Shown piece by piece: positions 15,695 through 29,710 of a stretch of DNA of 64,000 nt. Within the stretch, counting starts at the first letter, position 1; each line of letters opens with the position of its first letter. The notes under the pieces were generated by a model. It worked only from the letters and a program-made list of their open reading frames with translations. It did no database searches and was not told the DNA's origin. Location of the stretch: positions 104,904,001 through 104,968,000 of the forward strand of contig OX597816.1 in NCBI GenBank assembly GCA_951406725.2, given 5' to 3'. The DNA is from Octopus vulgaris. Its lineage: Eukaryota. The translations under genes were made by a program, and so were the position numbers.

Positions 15695-15810
15695 ATAGAA
15701 GGAGCTTCTACAGGACTAGAACTGTTTCATTCAAATGAAATCATCAGGCTTCCTAATGATTTCATTTGAATGAAACAGTTCTAGTCCTGTAGAAGCTCCT
15801 GCTATAAAAT
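15690..15810. ncRNA. Near-perfect palindrome carrying sense and antisense hammerhead copies
   Basis: Plus: gcttc-CTAATGA-tttcatttgaat-GAAA-cag/ttctagtc/ctg-TA-gaagc; the minus copy has intact CTGATGA; flanked by (TA)n. Confidence 0.7.
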
Positions 15811-15879
15811 AAATTAATTTACTCTGCTATGTATTGAGTACCTTATTTACTGTGGTTAACCCCGACTCAACCCGGGACC

Positions 15880-15914
<35 letters not shown>

Positions 15915-15918
<4 letters not shown>

Positions 15919-16128
15919 TCTTTTTTACTCTTTTACTTGTTTCAGTCATTTGACTGTGGCCATGCCGGAGCAGCGCCTTTAGTCGAGCAAATCGACCCCA
16001 GCACTTATCGTTTGTAAGCCTAGTACTTATTCTATCGGTCTCTTTTGCCGAACCGCTAAGTTACGGGGACGTAAACACACCAGCATCAGTTGTCAAGCGA
16101 TGCTGGAGGGACAAACGCAGACACACAC

Positions 16129-16140
<12 letters not shown>
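15915..16140 (-). mobile_element. SINE family B, 3' half
   Basis: TTTTACTTGTTTCAGTCATTTGACTG...TATTCTATCGGTCTCTTTTGCCGAACCGCTAAG. Confidence 0.85.
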
Positions 16141-16163
<23 letters not shown>

Positions 16164-19100
16164 GCAAAAAATTCAGTAGAAATTATTTGCCACCAGCGGC
16201 CTAGTGGGAAAAAAAAATTCCTAAATTTTGGCCGTTCCTAAATTTTGCTATATATATATATATATATAACTCGTATACATAAACACCTCCATACAAACAT
16301 ACATATACAACATAATTACATATGTGTATATGTTTCTCTACCTGATTGAATTTTTAGTGTCTATCTTAATGGTCCACAATTACAGTTTGTTTACCTGTCT
16401 GTTCATGTGTTGCATGTGTACGTATGTGTGTATTTGTGGTAGGGGCGTATAGAGAGCTTCTTGCATGAGAAAATATTAGCTTCCTTGTATATGTTCTATG
16501 CACAGCCATTCACCATTTGAGTTCTAGGGACTTATTGTAAATATTTTTTTATCCACATCAAAGGCTCGTATATCTCTTCATTCATATTTACGTTTGAAAA
16601 TAACAATGTCATGTTAAGTTGCCTCTCTGTTCTCTCTCTCTTGTCTCTAGAGTGAATATCCTCATATTACTGTTGCAAGTTAACACAGCTCTTTGCAATG
16701 TCAAATTGATGCATGTTGTCGTTCAATGCATTATGTCCTAATTTGCATTCGTACAAGAATATCTGTACTTGTACAACTGCCACCATATTATTGAGGAGCA
16801 CAAAATCAATGCTTACATGACAAATACCCGTTCAAGAGGGAGCTAAATGAATATAATAATTGGTCACGAGATACAAAACGATCATTCTTCTACTTCTTTT
16901 TTTAATATATATAATGATAACTGTTAAATTGTTCATATCGAAAGACTACATTTCATATGGTACAGGCCAATAGATGTTTTCCTTTACAAGACAGATAAGG
17001 TATAATGAGATAGAAATTTAGCTATTATTCCTAGCAGGTTCAGCATCCAAGTTATCTCGTTTGTGTTGTGTAAAATTACCAGTGTTAGTTTTTATTTCAG
17101 GACTGTACTGAAGTTATATTTTAGAAACTTTAGAAAGACAATTGTGAGATTTTGGAACATAAATTTTCAAATTTTTACAACTGTCTTATAACTTACCTCA
17201 TAAGGCTAAATGTAGGAATAATGATGGGAACTTTAAATTTGATCCCAGTGGTATGTTTGATATATGCTCCAACTATTTTAATCATCAAATATGTTTTTTT
17301 CCTCTGCTTACTCTTTCCTTGCTTGGGGAATCTGCCATATCCAGTACATTTTGTCTAAGTTTCTTGCAGCTCTCACCTTGATATTTAAGCTATACGGTTG
17401 TTGTTTTCTAAACACGGAACAATCTTCCGTCATTTTTATTATCATAAATATACATTTAGATTCAATATATTTCACACCATTGTTTGTGGAATATTAAATG
17501 GTTAAATCCAATTCATTGTTTATATGGTTAATACACAACCCATACAGGTTTTCCTTAATGAAAATACGAGATATGTTTCTATATTTGGGTTTTCCTATTT
17601 TCGTATTAGGTGTAACAATAGGTTTGACGAGAGTACAAAGAGCAGTATAGATAAGCTATAAAATACCTATTATATAATATATTCTATCAGGTTTTATTAG
17701 TTTTTCCACCCCTTTCAGATGTAACGCGACATAATATTCTATAATATTCAAGCTGTTCAATAACAATTATAATTTGGTTTTGCCCTTTATTTGATATAGA
17801 TATGATAAACTACTGATGTAGTAGTATGTCTAAAGCTCGTCAATATTCTATTCACAATACTACCCACTTACTGAAGTACTCAACACTTCATTCCAGATTG
17901 TTGTCTTAATAAGGAATTGTATATAGAACCCCGTGTGTTCTTCTTTCTATCAAATTATTATGGTGATATGATAACATTGGCAGCACATTGAATCTGTGAT
18001 ACAGACTGGAGTGGTCTTAGAGTAGCATATACATAGTAGAGTACTGGACAAATATTTAATACTTAGCCTGAATGTTTAGGCAATTTAGAGAAAAAAGGGT
18101 GAAGACGATTGGCAGCAACTTGAACAGATCTAATAAAAGCTGCACATATTTTTACATAGAGTGTAATCAGATCCCTCCAAGAAAGCATCGCATTCTTATA
18201 CCAATATCTTGTTATTAGAGCTGGGCTCGAAGGTTTTCTGTTCGACATTTTCTTCAGAATGTTTTCTCTAACGCGTTATTTATTACTATTGTAATTTTAC
18301 TCAACGAGTTTTAAGTATATTGTTGTAGTTCTTCCATTTACTCGGCTTGCATGTTAAACATGTAATTTATCCTTCTTTATAGATTTCCAATAGATTTCGA
18401 CAAGTTTTCATGATGGTGTTTAATTTACAGTAAATGTGTTGTTTCTGTGATGGTCTGATTTAGAGTCTTCAGTATCTTTGTTTATATCTTGTCAGTTTGT
18501 ACTTTAGTCTTTTAGCTTTGGTTGCAAATTCCTTTTTCAGCTTATGTCATCTGTAAATTAAGGTTTCAAATTTCGTATTGGAAAGCTGCCTTTCTAATTC
18601 TTCTGCTAAATCTTTTTTGACGTTTTCTAAACGTATTAATTTTGTTACACTTCATAATTACGAAAATCTGTAAGCTTTTTCATAACAATAAAACATGTGT
18701 TTTTCAAGTTATGGACATACCATCGTAAAATATATTAGCCCCTGCCTGGATTATGTTGCTCCGGTTCCATAAGATGAAACAAAAATGTAGTTGCAATCAC
18801 ATCCAGAGATTTACAGTCTACTGTTGCTATACACATATTAAAGGGTATATTTTAAATAATTCTCTTCATTATCGGTGGCTACATATGAATGCTTTCCTTT
18901 GAGATATATTTAAAATCTTTATAGAATTCAAGACGATTACTAAGAAAGTGGAAAACTTTGTTTATGGCAAACAAGTTATATACACACACACATACACATA
19001 AAGGTACGATCCAAGGATCAAAGTGTGGGAACTTAGTAAGTCTAGAACAGTCCATAGAAGGTATAAAAAACAACTTTCAGGAACAATAGTGGTTTATTGA

Positions 19101-19185
19101 CGTGGAAGGTTGTAAATTTTTCCCGTATTGAAATTCGATAAGCCGAAAATTGTTAGCAGCTAGGGTTGCAGTGTATGCGAATAAA

Positions 19186-20022
19186 AATCCAGAATTAGAA
19201 ACTGGAGTAGATAAAATCTAGGCTACATATGTTTCATAGCTAGCAGAACGTCAGAAGTAGTAATTATCTAAACGAGGGGTAATCCGCTAGTTGCGCATCG
19301 GGCCAAAGATATTTTAATCAAATGAAGTTTACATTGTCGTGAAGGGATCCCATGTTAAGTCGTAGGAGATTCGATCGAAAATGCGTAGACAGCACAGAGT
19401 GAGAGAAGAAAAGGGGAAACATATTTGTGAAGAAATAATATATGAGAGTGGGTAAGTGTTTAAATTTGTTAAGGAAAACAATAAGACTATGAATAATGAA
19501 AAACAGAGGGGCGGGTAGGAGGAAAACATTTGGTATTACTGAAGCTGGCTAGGGTAATGACTTTCTGAACTTACTGGGTCTACTGTAGAATAAATAAGTA
19601 AATATATTGTGGCACCCGGTAAATACATTTAAACAGAGTAAAAGAAAAAGAAGATACAGGAATGGTATTGAGTTAAAATTTGATAGAAGGGAAGAGAAGG
19701 AGAGGGAGGTGGAAGACAATGTTTTTGGTCAGTAGGAGAACAGTACTTCTAGGTAAGTTGGTAGTTTATCACTTAAAGTGTAGGGAGATGAAAATGTTAG
19801 GAAAAATATAAAGCATGAAAAGATAAAGAAATAAAATAAAACTATAAAAATTTAAAAAATATAAAAATATAAAATTATAAAGGTAGTTTGATTAAGGTAT
19901 ATTTGGCCTGACAAGTACATAGCGGTTTACCCGTCGTTTGAGTAATTTCTACTTCCGAGGTTCGGTTAGCTATGAAACGTATGCAACCTGCATTTTGTCT
20001 GTCCATTCCCTAAATTTGGATT
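19186..20022 (-). mobile_element. Old Penelope-like remnant with ~135 bp inverted pLTR arms and a decayed hammerhead
   Basis: 19186-19323 is an inverted copy of 19886-20022; minus strand GAAA-catatg-TA-gcc; the spacer encodes CFPFSSLTLCCLRI (cf. PLE IPFSQxLRLRRI). Confidence 0.65.
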
Positions 20023-20027
20023 GACAA

Positions 20028-20091
<64 letters not shown>

Positions 20092-20600
20092 TTGCAGCTC
20101 ATTGTGTTCGTGATCAAAGTACTTCATTTGATGTTGCTCCTCTCCCCAGCGACAGGATAGCCTTCCGATCAGGTGGAATGCTAGTCTGCTCGTCTATCCA
20201 CCAATGTATAACAATATCCGATAGTCTGGTTCTTACCGTGGTGTGTATATATATATATATATATATATGCATACACACACACATATGTATATGTACATAA
20301 GCTTTAAACTTATAAAATACTATTATTATCATTTACAGAATTGTATAAATCGACGCTATTTAACAAAACCATCACAAGATATATATAACTATATATATAT
20401 ACACGTGGGACGAGAAAACCTACATTTTTCCTTTCGAGGGCCTATATGCCCAATTATTAGACTATTTTCTTTAGTCATTGCGTGGTGATCGCTTATAAGA
20501 TTTAAGCTTACAAAATACTATTATCATTATTTACAGAATTGTAAAAATAAGACGCTGCTTAACAAAACCATCGCAATATATACATACATACATACATACA

Positions 20601-20631
<31 letters not shown>

Positions 20632-22544
20632 GTATTTTGTGGTTGTTGTAGTTGTTTTTGTTCTTGTTTTTGTTAATATGGCTTTTATCGTATTTGGTTC
20701 TGTCAAAATTCAAATTAATCGACGAAGGTATTAGTGATGAAGGTTTTAATAGTTGTGATAGTCATAGCAACATTGTTGCCGTTGGGGGTTCTGGTACAAA
20801 AGGTAGAGGAGCTGGGCGATAGTAGTGGTGGGGTGCAATTTTGCTGCTATTATTTCTCATAGTAGAACGATTGTTATTTTTCTGATGATGGCGTTGGTGG
20901 TCATGGTGTTAGTGGAGACGTTTCGAAGTCGTTATTTATCTTCGTAAGTGAATGCCATTGCATTAGTAGTACTTTACAGTTCTTATTTCTTGAATATCCC
21001 ATTACGAGGGAAATTTCTCTAAAGTGACGCACCATCTATTTTTTCTTTTTCCTAAACAATATTTCTTTCCTGTCACAACATTATTTCGTTTGTCTTCTTC
21101 ACGGAATGACCTTCGTTATTACCTATACATCTTATTTATACAGATTTTATTTATTTATCTTAAAGGAAAACCAAATTTCACAAGGAATGGCGTCTCTCAA
21201 ATAAAACTAAAATATATCTCAATATACAAAAGGACAACTGAATTTCTATAACAAATAACAAAACAAAACAGAAGTAAAAGAACTATTGCAATTACTAATT
21301 GTGTTATGAATTACAAATAGCCGAATGGCTAATCTGTTATAGCATTTGATAAGATAAAACATCCATTACATTTGACACTAACAAATTAAACCCTATTTTA
21401 AGACTTACGGCGAAGATCGTAAATATAAGGTATTAGATAAAAGGCTGCTTTATATCCTCGTACTTTCGTCTAATTTAATTGAAAAAAAATAATCATTGTA
21501 AGAAAAATACCTTTTTAAAAATTAGGAATAAGTATATTTTACTTCACACAGAGTTGAATAAATGAATATATAAATACATCTCAAGGAATTACTAATTTCA
21601 CGAAGAGATCTTACATTTAAGGACGAGTAAAGAGTTTGATATAATTCTATTGGCAAACTCAATATTTCCAGAGAATCGTAGCGTGAAGCATTACCAGTGC
21701 AAGATTTTCATAATCGTGAATAAAACAGAATTAATAGACATATGACACTCCTGTATAGATAGATAATCACCAATAATTGGTTGATCTGATTGACTGACTG
21801 ATTGATTAATTGATTATTCGATTCAATGATAGTTCCTCCTAAATTTAAAGAGATTTGCCAAGACTGGAAGGCAAACAATTATAAGCAGAAGGATTTTGTA
21901 AAATTATAATTTTTGTTTCATTATATTCTTTTTAGCCATGTGAAGCTGGCAGACCCGTTTAAAGCGTCCTATATTTCTTTCCTGCTTTCTGTTCTGTGAG
22001 GTAGTTCAAATGTCATCTTTGCTTTTTTACCCCATTCTCCGTCAAAAAAAATATGATCCCAACTCATGGTAGTTGTTGGGCGGTATTGTTGCAGATACCT
22101 TTTTATATTAAGCTTCAAAGCGTCTAAAAAGCAATGCTTGAATAAACACTAATGTTTTATTACATCGCTCCTTGCTCTCCTATGTAACAAATCAGTGGGA
22201 CAGAGAAGAGAACCTTGCAAAAAGTCTGCCATTACAATATTTTTCCTAAACCTGAGCCTCTAATTAGAGCTTTCCTGGTCTAGATCTTGAGACACACGGT
22301 TGCCTATAAGGCACTGCATAGTGTATCATATATTTTTATGTTATGTGAATACATTTCATGATGCATTCTAGTGCACAGTGCGTCACTTAAAAAAAACATT
22401 ATATACAGACACACGCATACACACTAATGCAATATTCTCATAAACACGCACATACACACACACACATATATATATATATACGTGCGTGTGTGTGTGTGTG
22501 TGTGTGTCTGTATGCATAGAAAGAGAGAGAGATAATATATATAA

Positions 22545-22965
22545 TTTTAATCCAAACGGGAAAACAGAAAAAACAACAACACGTGGAACTCCTTTTCCAC
22601 CCCTCTACCCTACCCCTTCGTCGCAAGATACTACGTGCCTTCCGTCGCCTCCAGCTTGATCCCACCACCCGCCCCATTTTCCCTAACCCACCCCTGTCCT
22701 CCTTCAAACGAGCCCGCAATCTGCGTGACCTCCTGGTCCACAGCACCCTCTCTCCTTCCCCCTCAGCCCCACACGGATCATTCCCTTGCTCTAGATCCCG
22801 CTGCAACACTTGCCCCTTCATCACCAACACCACCGCTGTCACCGGCTCCAACCGGCATACTGTACGCATTAGGCACTCTTTTACGTGCACCTCGTCTGGC
22901 CTTATTTACTGCATTAAATGCAACCTATGCGGGATGCTGTATGTAGGACAGACGAAGCGGAGAAG
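22545..22965 (+). mobile_element. Penelope-like element fragment (linker plus GIY-YIG endonuclease N-terminus) with short inverted pLTR tail
   Basis: PPLSSFKRARNLRDLLV, CSRSRCNTCP, FTCTSSGLIYCIKCNLCGMLYVGQTKR. Confidence 0.85.
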
Positions 22966-23950
22966 CTGGAAGTTCCAAACGAGTCTTATGAAGGCACTGA
23001 GTTCATACGGTGCACAGAGTTTACAGAAATAGAACGTACAAATAACCTTCGTGTTTCTGTTGAGTTATCTCCCTTCTACAAAATATGTGTTCCCTTATAA
23101 TTTATATATATATACACTAAATTGAGACCCTGCACAGTAGATCGAGCTCAAAGTTATGACTTTGCAATACTAACAACAAAGGACATATGTATTTGAGAGT
23201 ATAAGTATGCTTTTAGGTTGATATGCTTAAATTTATAAAATAGATAGGAATATAAATATATATGTATATTTTTACATACAGACACACACGCATATATATA
23301 TGTGTGTATGTGTGTGGGTATTTGTGTATATGTGCGTGTGTGCATGTACGTGTACGTGTGCATGTGTGTGTGCCCGCGCGTGTGTGTGGGAGCTTATGTA
23401 TAATGTGTATGTATGTGAGACTCACTTTTTACGTTGTCTAAACTTTATCTTAGGATAACGTATAGGAAATGTACGCCATAACTTTGACAGCGAACGCTCA
23501 CACATATCAACCCTGTGACACGTATGTCAATAGGGCTACTCATTTCACTTCCTCTCTGTCAACTTGTTAAAATACTTCAGACTTAATACAAGAATTCTTA
23601 TTCTTCAACAGATTTACTTGAGCGGGGATATAATGCTCAGCACTCTAGTCGCCTCTTTTCGTTTGCTCACAAGTCATTAATGCAAATGGCCGCCGATATA
23701 TTTGTTCATGTAAAGTACTATTATCATTTAAGTTTGCATACTTCGGATTGTTCCTCTAATTTAGAGGAAATTGATGGATTTGTCACTTAATATTAAAAAT
23801 TCAAGTATTAGTTGACCTCTTATTTCATTTCTTATTTCTTGCTTATTTATCTATTTATCTGTTCATTTATATTTTCGTGAACTTTTATTATTTTCATCTC
23901 TCAACTATGAATTATTTTTAAGTATTTGATGTATTGTATTATGTATTTGT

Positions 23951-24330
23951 GGAGACGCAATGGTCCAGTGGTTATGGCAGCGGACTCGCGCTCGTAGGAT
24001 CGCGGTTTCGATTCCCAGACCGGGCGTTGTGAGCGTTTATTGAACGGAAATACCTAAAGTTCCACGTGGATCCGGCAGGGGGTGGTGGCGAGCCCTTCTG
24101 TACTCTTTCACCACAACTTCTCACTCTTTCTTCCTGTTTCTGTTACACCTGTATTTCAAAGGGCCATCTTTGTCACACACTGTGTCACACTGAATCTCCC
24201 AGAGAACTACGTTAAGAGTACACGTGTCTGTGGAATGCTCAGCCACTTACACGTTAATTTCACGAGCAGGCAGTTGCGTTGATCGGATCAACTGGAACCC
24301 TCGTCGTCCTAACCGACGGAGTGCCACAAC
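23951..24330 (+). mobile_element. tRNA-derived SINE family C, full length, with imperfect TSD
   Basis: A box TGGTCCAGTGG, B box GGTTTCGATTCC; flanks attatgtatttgt / attacgtatttat. Confidence 0.85.
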
Positions 24331-24761
24331 GATTACGTATTTATATTTTAAAATATCTCAAAATCAATCTTGGCGTTGTACAATGTTGAGAGACATAAAT
24401 TTACTTCAGTTGCTAAAAATTAACTTCAATAAGAAAACGTTACCAAACAGATTTGTTGTTAATATTTCTAAAAACATTTTCTCTTATATTTTTACCCTCC
24501 CTTTTTATGCACTAATGATATATTTGACGGGAAAGTAATTGCCTCATAATCTAGTTTCGAATCTCAGTTGCAGTTTATTATCCCCCCTACTAGCGCATAT
24601 ATGTAATATATATTTTCCCACACGCTTTTAGATTTTAGTTTGAATTCAATTGAGTTATGTGTTGATGAATTCTGTATGCCTTCAACAATAAAACAAATTC
24701 CTCCTGTGATTACGTTAATTTGATATATTTTTAAGTATATATTGCTTCTTTTTTTTTTCAG

Positions 24762-24836
24762 GTATTGAATTGGGAAGTCGCAAAGAGAATTCCGAATTTT
24801 TAAACGATCTGCATAGAATGCCTTTTTATAAATCAA
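24762..24836 (+). CDS. Candidate 75-nt phase 1-1 exon ((G)IELGSRKENSEFLNDLHRMPFYKS)
   Basis: Strong acceptor cttctttttttttttcag| and donor |gtgagt; open frame; no homology recognised. Confidence 0.3.
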
Positions 24837-25543
24837 GTGAGTACGACAATATAAAACATATATTTTGTTGTTCTATTTTTAAAACTGCAATTCTGAAATA
24901 GCAATAAAAACATAAAAGAACATGAATTTCGATGATAGCGCGGTTATTACAATGTATAATTTAAACACTGATATTTTTCATTTCGTAACTTGTTACAAGT
25001 TATTTCTTTGTAAATTCGTTTGGCCAAAATACGTAACAGCTCTTTATTGCTGTCTGAGTATGCATGTATGAAAATGCGCTTCTCAGTCAAACGTGACTCT
25101 TGTATATTGAATAATTCTTTATATTACTATAGTTTGTTAATCAACGTCAAAGAACATCCTCAGTTAAAATTATACCCTTTGTATTTTCGTATGTCCATTA
25201 CATTTAGAAACGCTAGGAATTCTGATCTAAGCTATATAAAAATTAAACGTCTTCTTGAAAATCATCATCAAGCTAATATCACTATTCCAGAGGCACGAAA
25301 CTTTTCTACATTATTTTGATGACACGTTCAGCCGCAAATGTTGCACAGAAAATTGCTCAATAGCCTTTGCATTAATGGCGTTAACTAATAATGTCATAAT
25401 AATTTCTGATTTCCACATTACGCACTCTTACAGTTTCACAAATATATGCATTCATACGTACATACTTACATACATACTTACAAACATGCATATAAGTATA
25501 CATACATACATACATACATACACACACTCCACACACACGCACT

Positions 25544-25623
<80 letters not shown>

Positions 25624-25732
25624 GTTATTATGCACGTACGCTGCGAAATATATAATAAACCTTTACATAAATAACGTGAAATACACGAAGGGACGAACAA
25701 AAAAACAAACGGGTCATTCAAAGCTTACTTAC

Positions 25733-25794
<62 letters not shown>

Positions 25795-25924
25795 CACATA
25801 TATATACACACACATATATATACACATATATATATACACATATATAATATATATATATATATATACATATATATATACATATATATATATACACATATAT
25901 ATATATATATATATATATATTCAC

Positions 25925-25955
<31 letters not shown>

Positions 25956-26692
25956 TATATATATATATTTATATATATACATATATATACATATGTATAT
26001 ATGTGTGTGTATGTGTGCATGTAAAGAAAACCCAAATGTGACATGGAACCGATTAAAGGAAATGAACTTGTATATCTATATATGTGTATGTATATGTATA
26101 TATAAATATTTTTATATGTATATATGCATATATATATGCGTGTTTGTGTATATGCATATATACACATATATATATATATACACTCTCACTCTTCCTCCTT
26201 GACTCTCTCGTTGCTCACACGTGACTTATGCCCATTCTTTCTTTCTTTCACTTCCTTCCTAAAGACAAGACGTGCTTTTATCTGTCTCTGCTCAAAGCTC
26301 GTTTTTCCAAATGTTCACCACTTCACATCGTCTTGACTTAACAGCCTTTACCGTTTGTTTTTACTGTTTTGTTAACACTGTCCTGTTTTTGTTACCATTT
26401 TCACCGTCCACAAAACATCTAAAATTTTATTTAATTTGCTTTGCGAGAAGGACTATTTTAACGAAGTTGCGTATTGTCCTTACCTTCGAAAATGTGGAGT
26501 AGATAAAACAGGGGACAACTGATGAAGGGAATGTTCTTTATGTTACATGTCTCGTTTCTCTGTTTGCTTTTTTCGTTGTTCGAAAAAAGTTGGTTTTCTG
26601 CTTTTGTTTTTTATGTTTCTCATTCTGTCTACGTTTTTTTTTTATGTTACTCATATATGCATGTATATATAGATATATATGTAGGTATGTAC

Positions 26693-26772
<80 letters not shown>

Positions 26773-27346
26773 ATATGTATATATATATATATATACGTAT
26801 ATATCCAATCAACTATGGGAAGAATAATAAATTAGATTGTTTGAAAAAGAACACGAACAAGTAAACTTCATATTCCTATATGATACGTTATTAATTTCTA
26901 AAACGTAATACGTTACTGCGAAGTAACACGTTTGATGCTGCAAATTCCTTCGATCTTTAGATCACTACTAACAATAGATTTGAACATGACTAGGCAAACG
27001 ATATATTTCCAAAGAGCATTAGAATTATTACGTAATGCTAGTAATATTATCAAATGCATCTTTGAAAGCGTAAAGGATATATTTCTGTCTTTCTTTTTCT
27101 TTTTTTTTTTTTTTTCATTGGTCTGCGTGAGTTGACTACTTTCTAGATATCAATGTAGTTTACATGAGTTACGACTCAAGACGCTTAAGTTTCGTTCTGC
27201 TGATGACACACTTATTTCTATAATGCATAGTCCTCCTTAAGTTTTTGTCCCGATATTTTCTGGCAATTTTTCACGCGTATAATGTACTGTCCAACGAATG
27301 AAGTTTCTGCAAATTCTTGCTGAACAATCTGCAGATAATTTGTTTA

Positions 27347-27368
27347 TAGGGTTAGGGTTAGGGTTAGG
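27347..27368 (+). repeat. Short interstitial (TTAGGG)n
   Basis: tagggttagggttagggttagg. Confidence 0.8.
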
Positions 27369-27634
27369 CTCACTCACTCCATCAAATCAACCTTGCCTGT
27401 ACACGTGAGATGTCGAAATCATCCCAGAGGAGCATGATATGAAGTGTTTTGCTGAAGAATGTAATGCATCACACGGTCCTCAAATCAAACTCACAATCTT
27501 TTGTTCGTGAAAGCAACAACCTAACCACTAGGCCTCGCGCCGTAGTTACACTTGTACTCCTTGTACTCACATACATGTTATCTATACATCTATGTTTCTC
27601 GCCTCTCTTCCTCTTCATCCCGTTATATATATAT

Positions 27635-27915
27635 ATATATTCTTTTACTCTTTTATTTGGTTTCAGTCATTGACTGCGACCATTCTGGAGCAACGCCTTT
27701 AGTCGAACAAATCGATCCCAGGACTTATTCTTTGTAAACCTAGTACTAATTCTATCGGTCTCTTTTGCCGAACCGCTAGTTTACGGGGTCGTAAAAACAC
27801 AAGCATCCATTGTCAAGCGATAGTAGGGGGACAAACAGACACAAACAAACACATACATACACACACACACATACACACATACATGCATACATACATACAT
27901 ACATACATACATACA

Positions 27916-27948
<33 letters not shown>

Positions 27949-28455
27949 GTATATATATATATATATATACGACGGACTTCTTTCAGTTTCCGTCTACCAA
28001 ATCCACTCACAAGGCTTTGTTCTGGCCAAGGCTATAGTAGTTGACACTTGCCTAAGGTGCCACGCAGTGGTACTGAACCCTGAACCATGCGCCTATATAT
28101 ATATAAATACTTTTATTACTTTACTTGTTTCAGTCATTTTTATTGTGGCCATGCTGAAGTACCGCCTTTTAGTCGAAGAAATCTACCCTTGGATTTATTC
28201 TTTGTAAGCCTGGTATTTATTTTGTTAGTCACTTTTCCTGAACCGCTAAGTTACGAGGGCATAAACACACCAACATCAATTGTCAAACGATGATGGAGTG
28301 ACAAACACAGGCAAAAGCACACAACTGTATACATATATATGTACGGCAGACTTCTTTCAATTTCCGTCTACCAAATCAACTCACAAGGCTCTGGTCGGCC
28401 CGAGGCTATAGTAAAACGCACTTGCCCAAGGTGCCACGCGGTGGAACTGAACACA
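27635..28455 (-). mobile_element. Two tandem SINE family B copies (27635-28090, 28110-28455)
   Basis: Repeated CAAATCCACTCACAAGGC / CACTTGCCYAAGGTGCCACGC. Confidence 0.85.
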
Positions 28456-28760
28456 ACCGGCCAGATATTATTCTGTGGCGCCACAAGAAAAATAAAGTCT
28501 TATTGTGCAAATTAACTGCCCTCTGGACATTAATTTGGCCAGAATGTGGTCAGAAAAAAGGAAAGGTGTGAGTGAATATCAATGGACCATTGGTAATGAG
28601 TTTGCAAATCGCCTACCAAAGATACACTTTTGGCTTCATACTTGTTATTATTGGAGCAAGAGGATGTGTACCAGCCTGCCTGGAGTAAAGAATGGCAGAG
28701 CTTGGGTTTTTGGGTAGGAAATGTAGTTGCTCGCATCGCAAATATCTTGGATAAAATGAT
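28456..28760 (+). mobile_element. RLE-type LINE endonuclease relic
   Basis: RPDIILWRHKKNKV..INCPLD and IIGARGCVP..AELGF, with frameshifts. Confidence 0.5.
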
Positions 28761-29051
28761 CGCTCGATATTTAAAGGATGGTGAATCTAAGAAGCTTTCC
28801 TTCGCAGCATTGTTATCAAATCAGTGAGTGATCAAAATTAAAATCAAAAAGGGAAAAAGAGAACGTATATAGACTCATACATACATGCATAAATATGTGT
28901 GCATATGTCTATGTATGCGTATGAGTGTATGCTTGTATATAAAACTTAGATGGCATAGATCACGCGAGTGTATGATCTGTGTGTCTCTGTTTGTGTCTGT
29001 GCTTCTGTGTGTCTGTGTTAGTGTATATATTTGCATGTGTGTGTATGTGCG

Positions 29052-29152
<101 letters not shown>

Positions 29153-29539
29153 ACTAATTTGAGGCAATGACAAATCCAGTTAAAACGTGGTGTTGTTGCT
29201 AAGAACACTACGCTTATAAGAACACTCAAATTGACTGCAATGTCCTCTACTGCCACTAAGCTTATTCTAAATCACTAACATGTATATACTATATATTTAC
29301 TCATCTATTTATTTATTTCGATTGTGTTTGATTTGTTCTCTTCTATCCATTACTATTACTATTATTTGTGAGATAAGAGTTTGGGCTGGGGTTGTGTCCT
29401 GAAATTTTCCTTTCCATTGATTTCGGCCAACTTCTAAAGAATCTACTTTACTCAGAACTGCTTGTGACAAGCCCACTCGCAATCTACACTCATTCATATA
29501 AAGCGCCTTTATCTCTCCTCACTGACAACATGTCTCCTA

Positions 29540-29710
29540 CAACCATATGCCCACCGTTGTCGTTTACGGTATACAGATACCTTAATCAATATCAACATAT
29601 GTGTTAGACATATCCTAGTTTTCACATCAGTTTCCAGTCATCCTAAGCATTATCTTCACATTATCATCCCATCGCTCAACAATTCCTTAGCGTTTTTCTA
29701 CGAACATCAT
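29540..29710 (+). mobile_element. Possible PLE reverse-transcriptase thumb relic
   Basis: VYRY..., SHPKH and QQFL remnants resemble the PLE VYRK/SxHP/QFLR motifs. Confidence 0.25.

Noticed and set aside
17300-18800. Possible ancient CR1/L2 LINE debris
   Set aside because: Only faint motif resemblance; no sustained frame
23951-24025. tRNA gene
   Set aside because: It is the head of a longer SINE with a TSD; the cloverleaf is imperfect
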